From NCBI GenBank assembly GCA_040255145.1, contig JBDZUN010000006.1:1-34841 (forward strand): a stretch of DNA of 34,841 nt, read 5' to 3'. This document shows, piece after piece, positions 18,010 through 28,421 of this stretch (position 1 is its first letter; every line of letters starts with the position of its first letter). Origin of the DNA: Hyphomicrobiales bacterium. Its GTDB lineage: Bacteria; Pseudomonadota; Alphaproteobacteria; JBDZUN01. The notes beneath the pieces were generated by a model. The model saw nothing but the letters and a program-made list of their open reading frames with translations, ran no database searches and was not told where the DNA came from. The translations under genes and the position numbers were made by a program.

Positions 18010-18064
18010 GTCTGTTGCGTTTGGGGTGGCGAAGCGATTCCAATTCGCCGGAAAATGCTCTAGG
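18010..18064 (-). repeat. Half copy of a CIR-like alphaproteobacterial intergenic repeat
   Basis: Minus strand CTAGAGCATTTTCCGGCGAATTGGAATCGCTTCGCC resembles the recalled CTAGAGC-terminated repeat family; contains a GANTC site. Confidence 0.6.
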
Positions 18065-18126
18065 CCGGCGTCGAGGAAGCGGGGCGGGGCCACGCGTCCG
18101 CCGGGGACGGGAAAAGGGGGAATCGG

Positions 18127-20088
18127 ATGATCAAAGCCCTTGTCGGGATCGGCATCGTCGTCTTGGTCCTGATCGTCGCGGCGTTGGCCGCGCCGTTCTT
18201 CATTCCCGTGGAGCGTTATCGCGGCCTGATCGAGGCCCAGGTCGAGAAGTCGACCGGCCGCACCTTCGAGATCAAGGGGCCGATGACCTTCGCGCTGCTG
18301 CCCCGGGTCAAGATCGAGCTGAACGATGTCAGCTTCGGCAATGCGCCGGGCGGCCAGGCTGCGCAGATGGCGAGCATCAAGCGCCTCGACCTCGGCGTCG
18401 CGCTATGGCCGCTGCTGCACAAGCGGGTCGAGGCCGAAAGGCTGATCCTGATCGAGCCGCGCATCGCGCTGGAGGTCGACAAGTCGGGCAAGCCGAACTG
18501 GCAATTGGCCAAGAAGGCGGAGACGGCGCCCAAGACCACGGAGGACAAGAGCGGCAGCAGCGTCGCCTTCCGCTTCGACGGGCTGGAGCTGCATGATGGC
18601 GGGATCAGCTACCTCGACCGGCGCACCGGCAAATCCTATCGGGCGGACAAGATCAACATCTCGGCCGACTTTTCCGACCTCGATTCGCCGGCCACGGTGA
18701 AGGGTAACCTGCTGTACCGGGATCGGCGCGTCGATATCGCGATGAAGGCCGGCAAGCCGTCGGCGTTCCTCGACGGCGGCACTACCCCGGTCGGCGTCAA
18801 GCTGACCTCCGAACCCGTCAAGGTGCACTTCGACGGCACCGTCGAGGGCGGCAAGGCGGTGCAGGCGACCGGCGACTTCAAGGCTGAGATCCCGTCGGTC
18901 GACGCGCTGTCCGCGTGGCTCGCGCCGCCCGCTCCGGGCAGCAAGCCTCTGCCGGTGCGCGCGGTCACGCTGGCCACGCACGTCGTGGCGGGCCCGGACC
19001 AGGCCAAGCTGACCGGACTTGCCGTCAACGCCGATTCGCTCGACGCGCGGGGCACGCTCGAGCTGAACTGGGCCGGCAAGCGGCCGCGCCTGACCGGCCA
19101 GTTGACCACGGGAATGATCGACCTTGCCGCCTACATGCCGGCGCCGGGGGGTGAAAAGGCGAACAGCGCCCCGCCATCGGGCGGCGGCGACCAGGGGTGG
19201 AGCGACAAGCCGATCGACCTGAGCGCGCTGCGCACGGCGGACGCCAACCTCAAGATTGAGACGGCGGGCATCAAGGGGAACGGCTTCACGATCGGCGCGA
19301 CCACCCTGACCGTCGCGCTGAACAACGGCACGCTGGACGCGAATGTCCCCAGCGTCGCGCTGTTCGGCGGCTCGGCCGACGTGCGCGTCCACGTCGACGC
19401 CTCCGCCGGGGTGCCGAGCTTCGGCCTGGAGGCGCATGCGCGCGACGTGCAGGCGCAGCCGCTCCTGACCACCTTCGCCAACTACACGCGGCTCAAAGGC
19501 ACGATGCGCGGCAGCGCCGCGCTCACGGCGCGCGGCGGCAGCCAGAAGGCGATCGTGGAGCAGCTGAACGGCACCGTCTCGGGCGGGCTGTTCAACGGCG
19601 CCATCCAGGGGCTGGACCTGACCGCGGTATTGCAGAAGGCCAGCTCGATCGGGCTGGGCCGGTCGGGCGATTCGAGCCAGCAGACCTCGTTCACCGAGGT
19701 GTCGTCCAGCTTTGTCGTGAAGAACGGTACGGCGCATACCGAGGACATGAAGCTCGATACCCCAGCCGTGCGGCTGACCGGCAAGGGCGACATCATCGTC
19801 CCGGAGAAGCGCGTCGCGATGCGGTTCCAGCCCGAGCCGACCGGCGCCGTCAAGGGCGCGGCCGCGCTGGGCGGCAAGGTCGGCGGCGCCGTCGGCGGCC
19901 TGATGTCGGTGCCGTTCCTCGTCACCGGCCCATGGACCCATCCGAGCCTGAAGCCGGATGTCGCCGGCGTGCTCGAAGGCGGGCTCAAGAACCAGCTGAA
20001 GGACCGCCTGGGCATCGGCGGCAAGTCCGAGGGCAAGTCGTCGGGTGGCGGCGCGCTCGGCGGCATCAAGAAGCTGTTCGGGCGCTGA
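18127..20088 (+). CDS. asmA: AsmA family protein
   Basis: N-terminal TM anchor, VEKSTGR, LWPLL, PRIALEVDKSGKPNW, WSDKPIDLSALRTADA, GAIQGLDL, VPFLVTGPWTHP; beta-rich. Confidence 0.9.
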   Translation: MIKALVGIGIVVLVLIVAALAAPFFIPVERYRGLIEAQVEKSTGRTFEIKGPMTFALLPRVKIELNDVSFGNAPGGQAAQMASIKRLDLGVALWPLLHKRVEAERLILIEPRIALEVDKSGKPNWQLAKKAETAPKTTEDKSGSSVAFRFDGLELHDGGISYLDRRTGKSYRADKINISADFSDLDSPATVKGNLLYRDRRVDIAMKAGKPSAFLDGGTTPVGVKLTSEPVKVHFDGTVEGGKAVQATGDFKAEIPSVDALSAWLAPPAPGSKPLPVRAVTLATHVVAGPDQAKLTGLAVNADSLDARGTLELNWAGKRPRLTGQLTTGMIDLAAYMPAPGGEKANSAPPSGGGDQGWSDKPIDLSALRTADANLKIETAGIKGNGFTIGATTLTVALNNGTLDANVPSVALFGGSADVRVHVDASAGVPSFGLEAHARDVQAQPLLTTFANYTRLKGTMRGSAALTARGGSQKAIVEQLNGTVSGGLFNGAIQGLDLTAVLQKASSIGLGRSGDSSQQTSFTEVSSSFVVKNGTAHTEDMKLDTPAVRLTGKGDIIVPEKRVAMRFQPEPTGAVKGAAALGGKVGGAVGGLMSVPFLVTGPWTHPSLKPDVAGVLEGGLKNQLKDRLGIGGKSEGKSSGGGALGGIKKLFGR

Positions 20089-20166
20089 GGCAGGGCGCTG
20101 GGCCGGCGGCTCAGGTGATTGAAATGCTATCGATCGCGCAGATCGGCGCGGCGGCGCCGGCCAAGC

Positions 20167-20360
20167 TCATCGAAGCTGCGCGGCCGCGCCGAGATCCTCC
20201 ATCTCCTGCCATGTGGCCGTATCGCCCAGGTCGACGTTCGGCCGCAGGCCGCCGGTCGTCGTGCTGACAGGCGGCAGGACACGGCGATATCCGGTATCCC
20301 TTCCTGGTTGGCGCGCTTCGCCGAATCCCGGGGCGGACGGATCGGAATGCGCCTGGCCAT
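20167..20360 (-). pseudogene. Degenerate VapB/DUF2191-like antitoxin remnant
   Basis: ATG 20360 frame gives MARRIPIRPPRDSAKRA..EG; a different frame gives RRVLPPVSTTTGGLRPNVDLGDTATWQEMEDL, resembling the GGLxPGVDLxD tail of such antitoxins. No toxin gene follows. Confidence 0.45.
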
Positions 20361-20416
20361 ACGCCACGAAGTAGCCGCGTGATGACCGCCTGTCTATAGC
20401 GCGCCGTAGCGACGCC

Positions 20417-22489
20417 TTAAGCCACCGAGCTTGCCGGGGCGGCGAGCGCGGCGTCGGCGCGTTTCGACCAGACCAGGGCATGCAGGCTCATCATGCTGTC
20501 CGGGTCGGCCAGCAGGTCGATGCGCTCATCGCGGGTGAGGGTGTTCAGGCCCTCGTCCTCGTATTTCTGGATCAGACCCTGGAGATAAAGCTTGCGGCTG
20601 CGGCTCGGCTTGGCCGGCGGCAGCAGGCTGACATGGAGCGCGTTGGCGATCGGGTCGACGATGATGCGTTCGATCGCGGTTGCGTTCGCGCCCAGTTCGC
20701 CGCCGAGCGTGCCGGGCAGTTTGGCCGGAATCCCCTCGAAGCGGTGCAGCCGCCGCAGCACCGACGGCGGATCGACCTCCTCCGGAATCAGGAAGATGCC
20801 GCTGCGGCGCAATTCGCGGCCGAGCCCCGGTCGGCTCGAAATCTGCGCGAACGGGATCGCCAGGACGAGGCCGGCGACGATCGGCGACAGCCACCAGAAG
20901 AAATCCGGGATCAGCACATAGGTCAGGATGCCGACGACGACGCCGATCAGGGTGTGGCGCCAATAGGCGGAGGCCGCCTCGCGGAAGCGCAGGCCGCTCG
21001 ATTCGCGCTGCTGGGTGGTCCAGTGGATGCCGGTGCCGAGCAGGGTCGAGAACACGAAGCGTGTCTGCGAGATCATCATGATCGGCGCGAGCAGGATCGA
21101 GAACAGGCTCTCCAGCACCATGCTGACCACGACGTCGATGGCGCCGCCATGGCCGCCCAGCCGCTCGCGGTCGCCCAGCAGCGCGAAATAGCCCAGCAGC
21201 TTGGGCAGGTAGAGCAGGCTGAGCGTGAAGGCGAGGAGCGTCGTCGCCTCGAATGCATAGGAGACCGGCCAGGCCGGGAAGATGTTGTCACCGAAGAAAT
21301 AGACCGGCTTGGTGCTGACGCGGCGGAACGCCTCCAGCCACGATGCGATCAACAGCAGAAGCCACAGCGGCGATGACAGATAGGACATGACGCCCATCAG
21401 GAAGTGCAGCCGGCTGACCGGCTTCAGCCGGCGGGCGAACAGAAGGCGGATGTGCTGGAGGTTGCCCTGGCACCAGCGGCGGTCGCGCTTCTCGTGGTCG
21501 ATCAGGGTGGGCGGCGATTCCTCGTAGCTGCCGTCCATCTCGTAGGCGAGCAGCACCTGCCAGCCGGCGCGGCGCAGCAGGGCGGCCTCGACGAAGTCGT
21601 GGCTCAGGATTTCCCCGCCCAGCGGCTCGCGCCCCGGCAGCACCGGCAGCCCGCAATGCTGCACGAACGGCGCGATGCGGATGATGGCGTTGTGACCCCA
21701 GTAATTGCCGTCCTCCAGCGCCCACCAGTGGAGGCCGGCGGCGTAGACCGGGCCGTAGGCGCTCGACGCGAATTGCTGGATGCGGGCGAAAGGCGAATTC
21801 TGGTTGACCGGCTTCGGCGGCACCTGGAGCAGGCCGGCCTTGGGATGCGCCTCCATCAGCCGCACCATGTCGACCAGGGTTGCGCCCGCCATGACGCTGT
21901 CGGCGTCCAGCACGATCATGTATTCGTAGAGGTGGCCCCAGTTTTCGCAGAAATCCGCGATATTGCCGCTCTTGCGGGCGATGTTCTTCGGGCGATGGCG
22001 ATAGAACAGGCGGTTCTGGCCGCCGACCTGGCGCAGCAGGGCGGCCCAGTGCAGCTCCTCGGAAACCCAGGCGTCGGGGTCGGTGCTGTCGCTCAGCACA
22101 TAGAAATCGAAATGGTCCAGCTGGCCGGTGGCGGCCAGGTCCTCGTACATCGCGCGCAAGCCGGCGAAGACCCGCCCGGCTTCCTCATTATAGGTCGGCA
22201 GCACAATCGCGGTGCGGCGGTCGTCGGACAGCGGCCGACGCCCGACCTTGGCGAAGACCCGCGTCACGGTGAACTTGTCGCCGCCGCGCAGGATGGTGAA
22301 GAAGCCGAGCAGCGCGGTCCACGCGGCCGCCGCGATCCACGCGAACAGGATCGTGAACAGGACCTGGATCGCCAGCTCGAACGGCGTCATGCCGTCGGAT
22401 TCGAGGATGGTGAACAGGACGCCGGCGCCGCCGGCGGTGGTCGCCGCGACGACGAAAGCGAAGAAGACGCGGCGCGCGCGCTTGCCCAT
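20417..22489 (-). CDS. opgH: Glucans biosynthesis glucosyltransferase H (GT2)
   Basis: TAIVLPTYNE, LSDS, RKSGNIADFC, VLDADSVM, NYWGHNAIIR, ILSHDFVEAALLRR, RDRRWCQGNLQH. Probable ATG at 22489. Confidence 0.96.
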   Translation of the reverse strand: MGKRARRVFFAFVVAATTAGGAGVLFTILESDGMTPFELAIQVLFTILFAWIAAAAWTALLGFFTILRGGDKFTVTRVFAKVGRRPLSDDRRTAIVLPTYNEEAGRVFAGLRAMYEDLAATGQLDHFDFYVLSDSTDPDAWVSEELHWAALLRQVGGQNRLFYRHRPKNIARKSGNIADFCENWGHLYEYMIVLDADSVMAGATLVDMVRLMEAHPKAGLLQVPPKPVNQNSPFARIQQFASSAYGPVYAAGLHWWALEDGNYWGHNAIIRIAPFVQHCGLPVLPGREPLGGEILSHDFVEAALLRRAGWQVLLAYEMDGSYEESPPTLIDHEKRDRRWCQGNLQHIRLLFARRLKPVSRLHFLMGVMSYLSSPLWLLLLIASWLEAFRRVSTKPVYFFGDNIFPAWPVSYAFEATTLLAFTLSLLYLPKLLGYFALLGDRERLGGHGGAIDVVVSMVLESLFSILLAPIMMISQTRFVFSTLLGTGIHWTTQQRESSGLRFREAASAYWRHTLIGVVVGILTYVLIPDFFWWLSPIVAGLVLAIPFAQISSRPGLGRELRRSGIFLIPEEVDPPSVLRRLHRFEGIPAKLPGTLGGELGANATAIERIIVDPIANALHVSLLPPAKPSRSRKLYLQGLIQKYEDEGLNTLTRDERIDLLADPDSMMSLHALVWSKRADAALAAPASSVA

Positions 22490-22503
22490 GGCGGCGGGCC
22501 GGA

Positions 22504-22974
22504 TCAGGCTTCGCGCTTGACCGAGGAACCGAACCGCAGCTTCCGCTTGAGCGCGCGGCCGGACGAGGCGAGGCGCCAGAAAACGAGACGCTGCTGCTTC
22601 ATCTGGCGGCGCACGGGCCGGGGCACCGAAAAACGGTCGTCCTCGGTCAGCGGCTGGTTCATCTCCGGCCGCGCCTCGGGCAGCGCCAGATGCGCGCCGT
22701 CCGGCCCGAGCACATAGCCGAGCCGCGCCCGCGCCAGCAGGCGGCGGTCGTTCGTGGCGGCCAGGCCCTCGTCGCGCGCCAGCGCGCGATCGACCTGGTG
22801 CTGGATCGCCTGCCACAGGTGCGGGCCGTCCAGGCCCTCCGGCAAGGACGCGACGACCCCCATCGCGATCGCGTCGCGGCGGTCGGCGGGGACGCCGGAT
22901 GCGGCGAGATAGGCCACTACCTGTCGCGTCAGATGTTCCGGGCCGGCCGCGCCTGCCCGGATCAGCGGTTCCAT
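22504..22974 (-). CDS. Hypothetical protein resembling the N-terminal cytoplasmic region of long OpgH proteins
   Basis: 156 aa from ATG 22974 with GGAG SD, overlapping the opgG stop; contains LARARL...SVPRPVRRQM; fills the opgG-opgH gap exactly. Confidence 0.7.
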   Translation of the reverse strand: MEPLIRAGAAGPEHLTRQVVAYLAASGVPADRRDAIAMGVVASLPEGLDGPHLWQAIQHQVDRALARDEGLAATNDRRLLARARLGYVLGPDGAHLALPEARPEMNQPLTEDDRFSVPRPVRRQMKQQRLVFWRLASSGRALKRKLRFGSSVKREA

Positions 22975-24821
22975 TGATAACTCCATGTCTCGGTCAGGAC
23001 ATCGTCGCCCGACTTCAGGTATCCGCGCAACTCGATGGGCTTGTCGCCCTCCGGCGCAAGCTCGAACGACAGGCGCCAGCCGCCGGTTTCGCTGTTGCGA
23101 TACACCACCAAATTGGTGATCTGGCCGGCCGAGGTCGAGACCGTCGGCTGAATTCCTTGCGGGCCGGGCTGGGCAACGTGGTCGAAATCCAGAACGAACA
23201 GGCGGCGGTCCTTGTCGTTCGGCACCGCGCCGGTCCGGGTGGCGATCACGCGGCCGAGCGGCGGGCGGTTCAGCATGTCGGACGTGAACGTCAGGTGATA
23301 GCTGAAGACGTGCTCTTCCCCCGGCTTGACCGGGTCCTTGGGCCACCAGAAGGCGACGATGTTGTCGTATTTGTCGGCGTCGACCGGAATTTCGATCAGG
23401 TGGATGTTGCCTTCGCCCCAGTCGCCGACCGGCGTAACCCACAGGCTCGGCCGGTTCTGATAGGCCGATTCCAGGTCCTGATAGTGGTCGAAGTCGCGGT
23501 CGCGCTGCAGCAGGCCGAAGCCGCGCGGGTTGACCGCGTGATAGGAGCTGAGCTGCAGCCGCGACGGATTCTCCAAGGGCCGCCAGATCCATTCGCCGCC
23601 CGCCTGGATCAGGAGCCCGTCGGAATCGTGGGCCTCCTCGCGGAAGTCGTCGACATTCTTCGGCCCGTTCTCGCCGTGGAAGAACATGCTGGTCAGCGGC
23701 GCGACGCCGAACTTGTCGACCGTCTGGCGAATGAACAGGTCGGCGGTGACGTCCATCGTCGTCTGCAGACCCGGATGGATGACGAAGCGGTAGGCGCCGG
23801 TCACGCTCTGGCTGTCGAGCAGGGCGAACACGGTCAGGTGCGAATCGGTCGGCTGCGGCTTCTGGATCCAGAATTCCCGGAAATAGGGGAATTCTTCCTT
23901 CTTCGGCAGGCCGGTGTCGATCGCCAGGCCCCGCGCCGACAGGCCGTAATGGTTGCGGGCGCCGATCGCGCGGAAATAGCTCGCACCCAGGAAGACGGCG
24001 AATTCGTCGTAATAGTCGGGACGCTTGAGCGGATAGTGCAGGCGGAACCCGGCGAAGCCCAGATCGGCCGGCAGGGGCTGTGGAAATGTGTTCTTGCCGA
24101 AGTCGAACAGGTCCGGGGAATAGCGGATCGGCAGGGCGCGGCCGTCGACGATCGCGTTGATGTCGACCTTCTTCTGGTACAGGAAGCCGCGGTGATAGAA
24201 CTGGACCTGGAACGGCACGTCGTCATAGCGCCACAGGGCGGCGTCCGACTTGAAGCGGATGTCGCGATACTGGTCGTAGGTCAGGTTCTTCAAGGCGTCC
24301 GGCAGCGGCGCGTTCTGTTCTTCGTAGGGCTTGGCGGCCAGGGCCTTCGCCCTGGCGCGCACTTCGTCGAAGCCGAACGGGTTTTGGGGCGGCGGTGGCG
24401 GAGCGGGCGTGGCTGTCGGCGGCGCGGGCGCCGGCTCGCCGGTCTTCTGGCCCGTCGGGGCGGTGTTGGCCTCCGGCTTGGCCGGGGCCGCCTTGGGCGC
24501 CTTTTTCCGCGGCGCGGCCTTCGTGGCCTTGGGTGCTTCTTTCTTCTTCGGCGCTTCGGCCGCCTTTGATTCGGCCGCTTTCGATTCGCCTGTGTGATCG
24601 GGCTCGGCCCCGGTCGCTTGCGCGGGCTGATCCGGTTTTGTCGGTTGTTCGACGGCAGTCGCCGGCGCGTCGGCGGCATAGGCGGCCGGAAGCCGGCCGC
24701 CTATCGCACACGCGGCGATCAGGGCGACGACGAGTGCGCCGGCAAACCGGGGCCGGGCGCGCGGCAGCGCAATGCGCGCCAAGGCGATGAACGCGGCGGC
24801 GTTCAGAGGCATAGCGACCAT
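22962..24821 (-). CDS. opgG: Periplasmic glucan biosynthesis protein G/D
   Basis: LTYDQYRDIRF, GFAGFR, FLGASYFRA, YGLSARGLAIDT, EEFPYF, APLTSMF, GFGLLQRDR, DNIVAFW, TETWSYQW. Start 24821 or 24812. Confidence 0.95.
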   Translation of the reverse strand: MVAMPLNAAAFIALARIALPRARPRFAGALVVALIAACAIGGRLPAAYAADAPATAVEQPTKPDQPAQATGAEPDHTGESKAAESKAAEAPKKKEAPKATKAAPRKKAPKAAPAKPEANTAPTGQKTGEPAPAPPTATPAPPPPPQNPFGFDEVRARAKALAAKPYEEQNAPLPDALKNLTYDQYRDIRFKSDAALWRYDDVPFQVQFYHRGFLYQKKVDINAIVDGRALPIRYSPDLFDFGKNTFPQPLPADLGFAGFRLHYPLKRPDYYDEFAVFLGASYFRAIGARNHYGLSARGLAIDTGLPKKEEFPYFREFWIQKPQPTDSHLTVFALLDSQSVTGAYRFVIHPGLQTTMDVTADLFIRQTVDKFGVAPLTSMFFHGENGPKNVDDFREEAHDSDGLLIQAGGEWIWRPLENPSRLQLSSYHAVNPRGFGLLQRDRDFDHYQDLESAYQNRPSLWVTPVGDWGEGNIHLIEIPVDADKYDNIVAFWWPKDPVKPGEEHVFSYHLTFTSDMLNRPPLGRVIATRTGAVPNDKDRRLFVLDFDHVAQPGPQGIQPTVSTSAGQITNLVVYRNSETGGWRLSFELAPEGDKPIELRGYLKSGDDVLTETWSYQWNR

Positions 24822-25047
24822 CGAGGCGATCAGGACCGAAAGCGGTGAAATAGCCGTGCGGATGCCTATAACAGCATCCGCACATAGCCCCCAAGTCAAG
24901 CGAACGGATCGGGACGGAGTTTTAATCCGGCGCCGGCATCGCGGCACGCTCTTGCCGCGAGCCGTTACTTGGTTGGGGACTTCGGGCAGTACGGGAACCC
25001 CGGCGCGTCCGCCCGGCGGGGCGGTGCAACCGGGGCGATAATGTGGC

Positions 25048-25827
25048 TCAGGAGCGGCGATCGACCATCAATTGCTTGATCTCACCGATCGCCTTGGCCG
25101 GGTTCAGGCCCTTGGGACAGGTCTGGGCGCAGTTCATGATGGTGTGGCAGCGATAGAGCCGGAACGGGTCTTCCAGCTTGTCCAGCCGCTCGCCCTTGGC
25201 CTCGTCCCGGCTGTCGTTGATCCAGCGATAGGCCTGAAGCAGGGAGGCCGGGCCGAGATAGCGGTCGCCGTTCCACCAGTAGGACGGGCACGACGTCGAA
25301 CAGCACGCGCACAGGATGCACTCATAGAGGCCGTCCAGCTTGGCGCGGTCCTCATGGCTCTGCCGCCACTCGCGGTCGGGCGGCGGCGTCTCGGTGTGCA
25401 GCCACGGCTCGATCATCTCGTACTGGGCGTAGAAGTTGGTCAGGTCCGGCACCAGGTCCTTGACCACTTCCATATGCGGCAGGGGGTTGATCTTGACCGC
25501 GCCCTTCACGTCGCCGATCGCCTTGGTGCAGGCGAGCGTGTTGGTGCCGTCGATGTTCATCGCGCACGAGCCGCAGATGCCCTCGCGGCAGGAGCGGCGG
25601 AAGGTCAGAGTCGCATCGGTCTCGTTCTTGATCTTGATCAGCGCGTCCAGGACCATCGGGCCGCAGCGGTCGAGGTCGATCTCATACGTGTCGACGCGCG
25701 GGTTCTCGTCCGTGTCGGGATCCCAACGGTAGATCGCGAACTCGCGCACGCGGCCGGCATCGGCCGGCGCCTTCCAGGTCTGGCCCTTCTTGACCTTGGA
25801 ATTCTTGGGCAGCGTGAATGCGACCAT
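25048..25827 (-). CDS. sdhB: Succinate dehydrogenase iron-sulfur subunit
   Basis: [16 protein letters not shown] (2Fe-2S), [34 protein letters not shown]. Confidence 0.99.
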   Translation of the reverse strand: MVAFTLPKNSKVKKGQTWKAPADAGRVREFAIYRWDPDTDENPRVDTYEIDLDRCGPMVLDALIKIKNETDATLTFRRSCREGICGSCAMNIDGTNTLACTKAIGDVKGAVKINPLPHMEVVKDLVPDLTNFYAQYEMIEPWLHTETPPPDREWRQSHEDRAKLDGLYECILCACCSTSCPSYWWNGDRYLGPASLLQAYRWINDSRDEAKGERLDKLEDPFRLYRCHTIMNCAQTCPKGLNPAKAIGEIKQLMVDRRS

Positions 25828-25874
25828 TCGGATCGTCCCCGTTCAGATGCGTCCAAGTTCCTGCGCTTCCCTTT

Positions 25875-26026
25875 CCCTCCCCCTCGATGGGGAGGGTGGC
25901 GAGCGATCGCGAGCCGGGTGGGGTGACGCTCAAGCCCCGCCGCTGGGTGATGTGGTCGGCGGGGAAACTTCCCCCCGCCCGGCCTTTCGCTTGCGCTCCG
26001 GGCCACCCTCCCCACACAGGGGGAGG
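25875..26026. repeat. ~150 bp palindromic intergenic element (REP/RIME/MITE-like)
   Basis: Left arm CCTCCCCC-tcgat-GGGGAGGGTGGC is the reverse complement of right arm GCCACCCTCCCC-acaca-GGGGGAGG apart from the loops; inner GCCGGGTGGGG pairs with CCCCGCCCGGC. Confidence 0.85.
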
Positions 26027-26042
26027 CTGATTCGTTCGTGGA

Positions 26043-27542
<1,500 letters not shown>

Positions 27543-27657
27543 GTTGCGATCTCCTGGCGGCGTCGGCCGCACCAGCGAAGTGGGGGGTGATTCCCTAGCG
27601 TCTTACCCCCGCACGCACGGGGCGGCAAGGATATCGGCGCCGAAGAGGCGCGATAGG

Positions 27658-27688
27658 AAAAAGGGCCGCACGGGGCGGCCCTTTTTTT
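27658..27688 (-). terminator. Rho-independent terminator after rplT (potentially bidirectional)
   Basis: AAAAAGGGCCGC-ACGGG-GCGGCCCTTTTTTT hairpin with T runs on both strands. Confidence 0.9.
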
Positions 27689-27690
27689 CG

Positions 27691-28062
27691 TTACTGCGCG
27701 GCTGCTGCCGGCAATGCTTCGCGCGCCTGGGCGATCAGCGCCTCGAACGCGTCGGGCTGGCGCACGGCAAGGTCGGCCAGCACCTTGCGGTCCAGCTCGA
27801 TGCCCGCCTTCTTCAGCGCGCCCATGAACACGGAATAGGTGACGCCATGCTCGCGCGCCGCGGCGTTGATGCGCTGAATCCACAGGGCGCGGAAGTTGCG
27901 CTTGCGGACGCGCCGGTCGCGGTAGGCGTATTGCAGGCTTTTCTCGACCGACTCGATGGCGACGCGATAGACGTTCTTGCGCCGGCCGTAATGGCCCTTG
28001 GCCTGATCCAGGACCTTCTTGTGGCGGGCGTGCGCGGTGACGCCGCGTTTGATGCGTGCCAT
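27691..28062 (-). CDS. rplT: 50S ribosomal protein L20
   Basis: [46 protein letters not shown]. Confidence 0.99.
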   Translation of the reverse strand: MARIKRGVTAHARHKKVLDQAKGHYGRRKNVYRVAIESVEKSLQYAYRDRRVRKRNFRALWIQRINAAAREHGVTYSVFMGALKKAGIELDRKVLADLAVRQPDAFEALIAQAREALPAAAAQ

Positions 28063-28069
28063 GGCGGCC

Positions 28070-28267
28070 TCAGGCGTAGGGCATGAACGATTTGACGATC
28101 TTGGCGTCCTGATCGGTCAGGATCGCCGAACCGCGCTGCTCGCGCAGCTGGCGGTTGGAACGGTTGATCATGCCGTGCCGCTTGTTCGCCTGATTGTGGC
28201 GGACCTTGCCGGTGCCGGTCAGGCGGAAGCGCTTCTTGCAGCCGCTCTTGGTCTTCATCTTGGGCAT
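28070..28267 (-). CDS. rpmI: 50S ribosomal protein L35
   Basis: [22 protein letters not shown]...KRHGM...MPYA; true ATG at 28267. Confidence 0.98.
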   Translation of the reverse strand: MPKMKTKSGCKKRFRLTGTGKVRHNQANKRHGMINRSNRQLREQRGSAILTDQDAKIVKSFMPYA

Positions 28268-28364
28268 TTCATGTCCTTTCGGAAAAGGAGGGTACGGGCC
28301 GCCCCGGCATGCCCTCACACGGCCGGACGGCCCCGATCCGCCAAGCGGATCGCGGAAAGCGCGG

Positions 28365-28393
28365 GTTATAGACGGGCCGGGGCAAGCGGGCAA
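28365..28393 (-). promoter_or_regulatory. Sigma70 promoter of rpmI-rplT
   Basis: Minus strand TTGCCC (28393-28388)-N17-TATAAC (28370-28365). Confidence 0.7.
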
Positions 28394-28421
28394 GGGCGCC
28401 GCGCTGTCCCGGCGGGGCCAT

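Noticed and set aside
24942-24956. CGGCACG-CTC-TTGC as a sigma54 promoter
   Set aside because: Spacing is one base short of the strict -24/-12 geometry, and no plus-strand gene follows.
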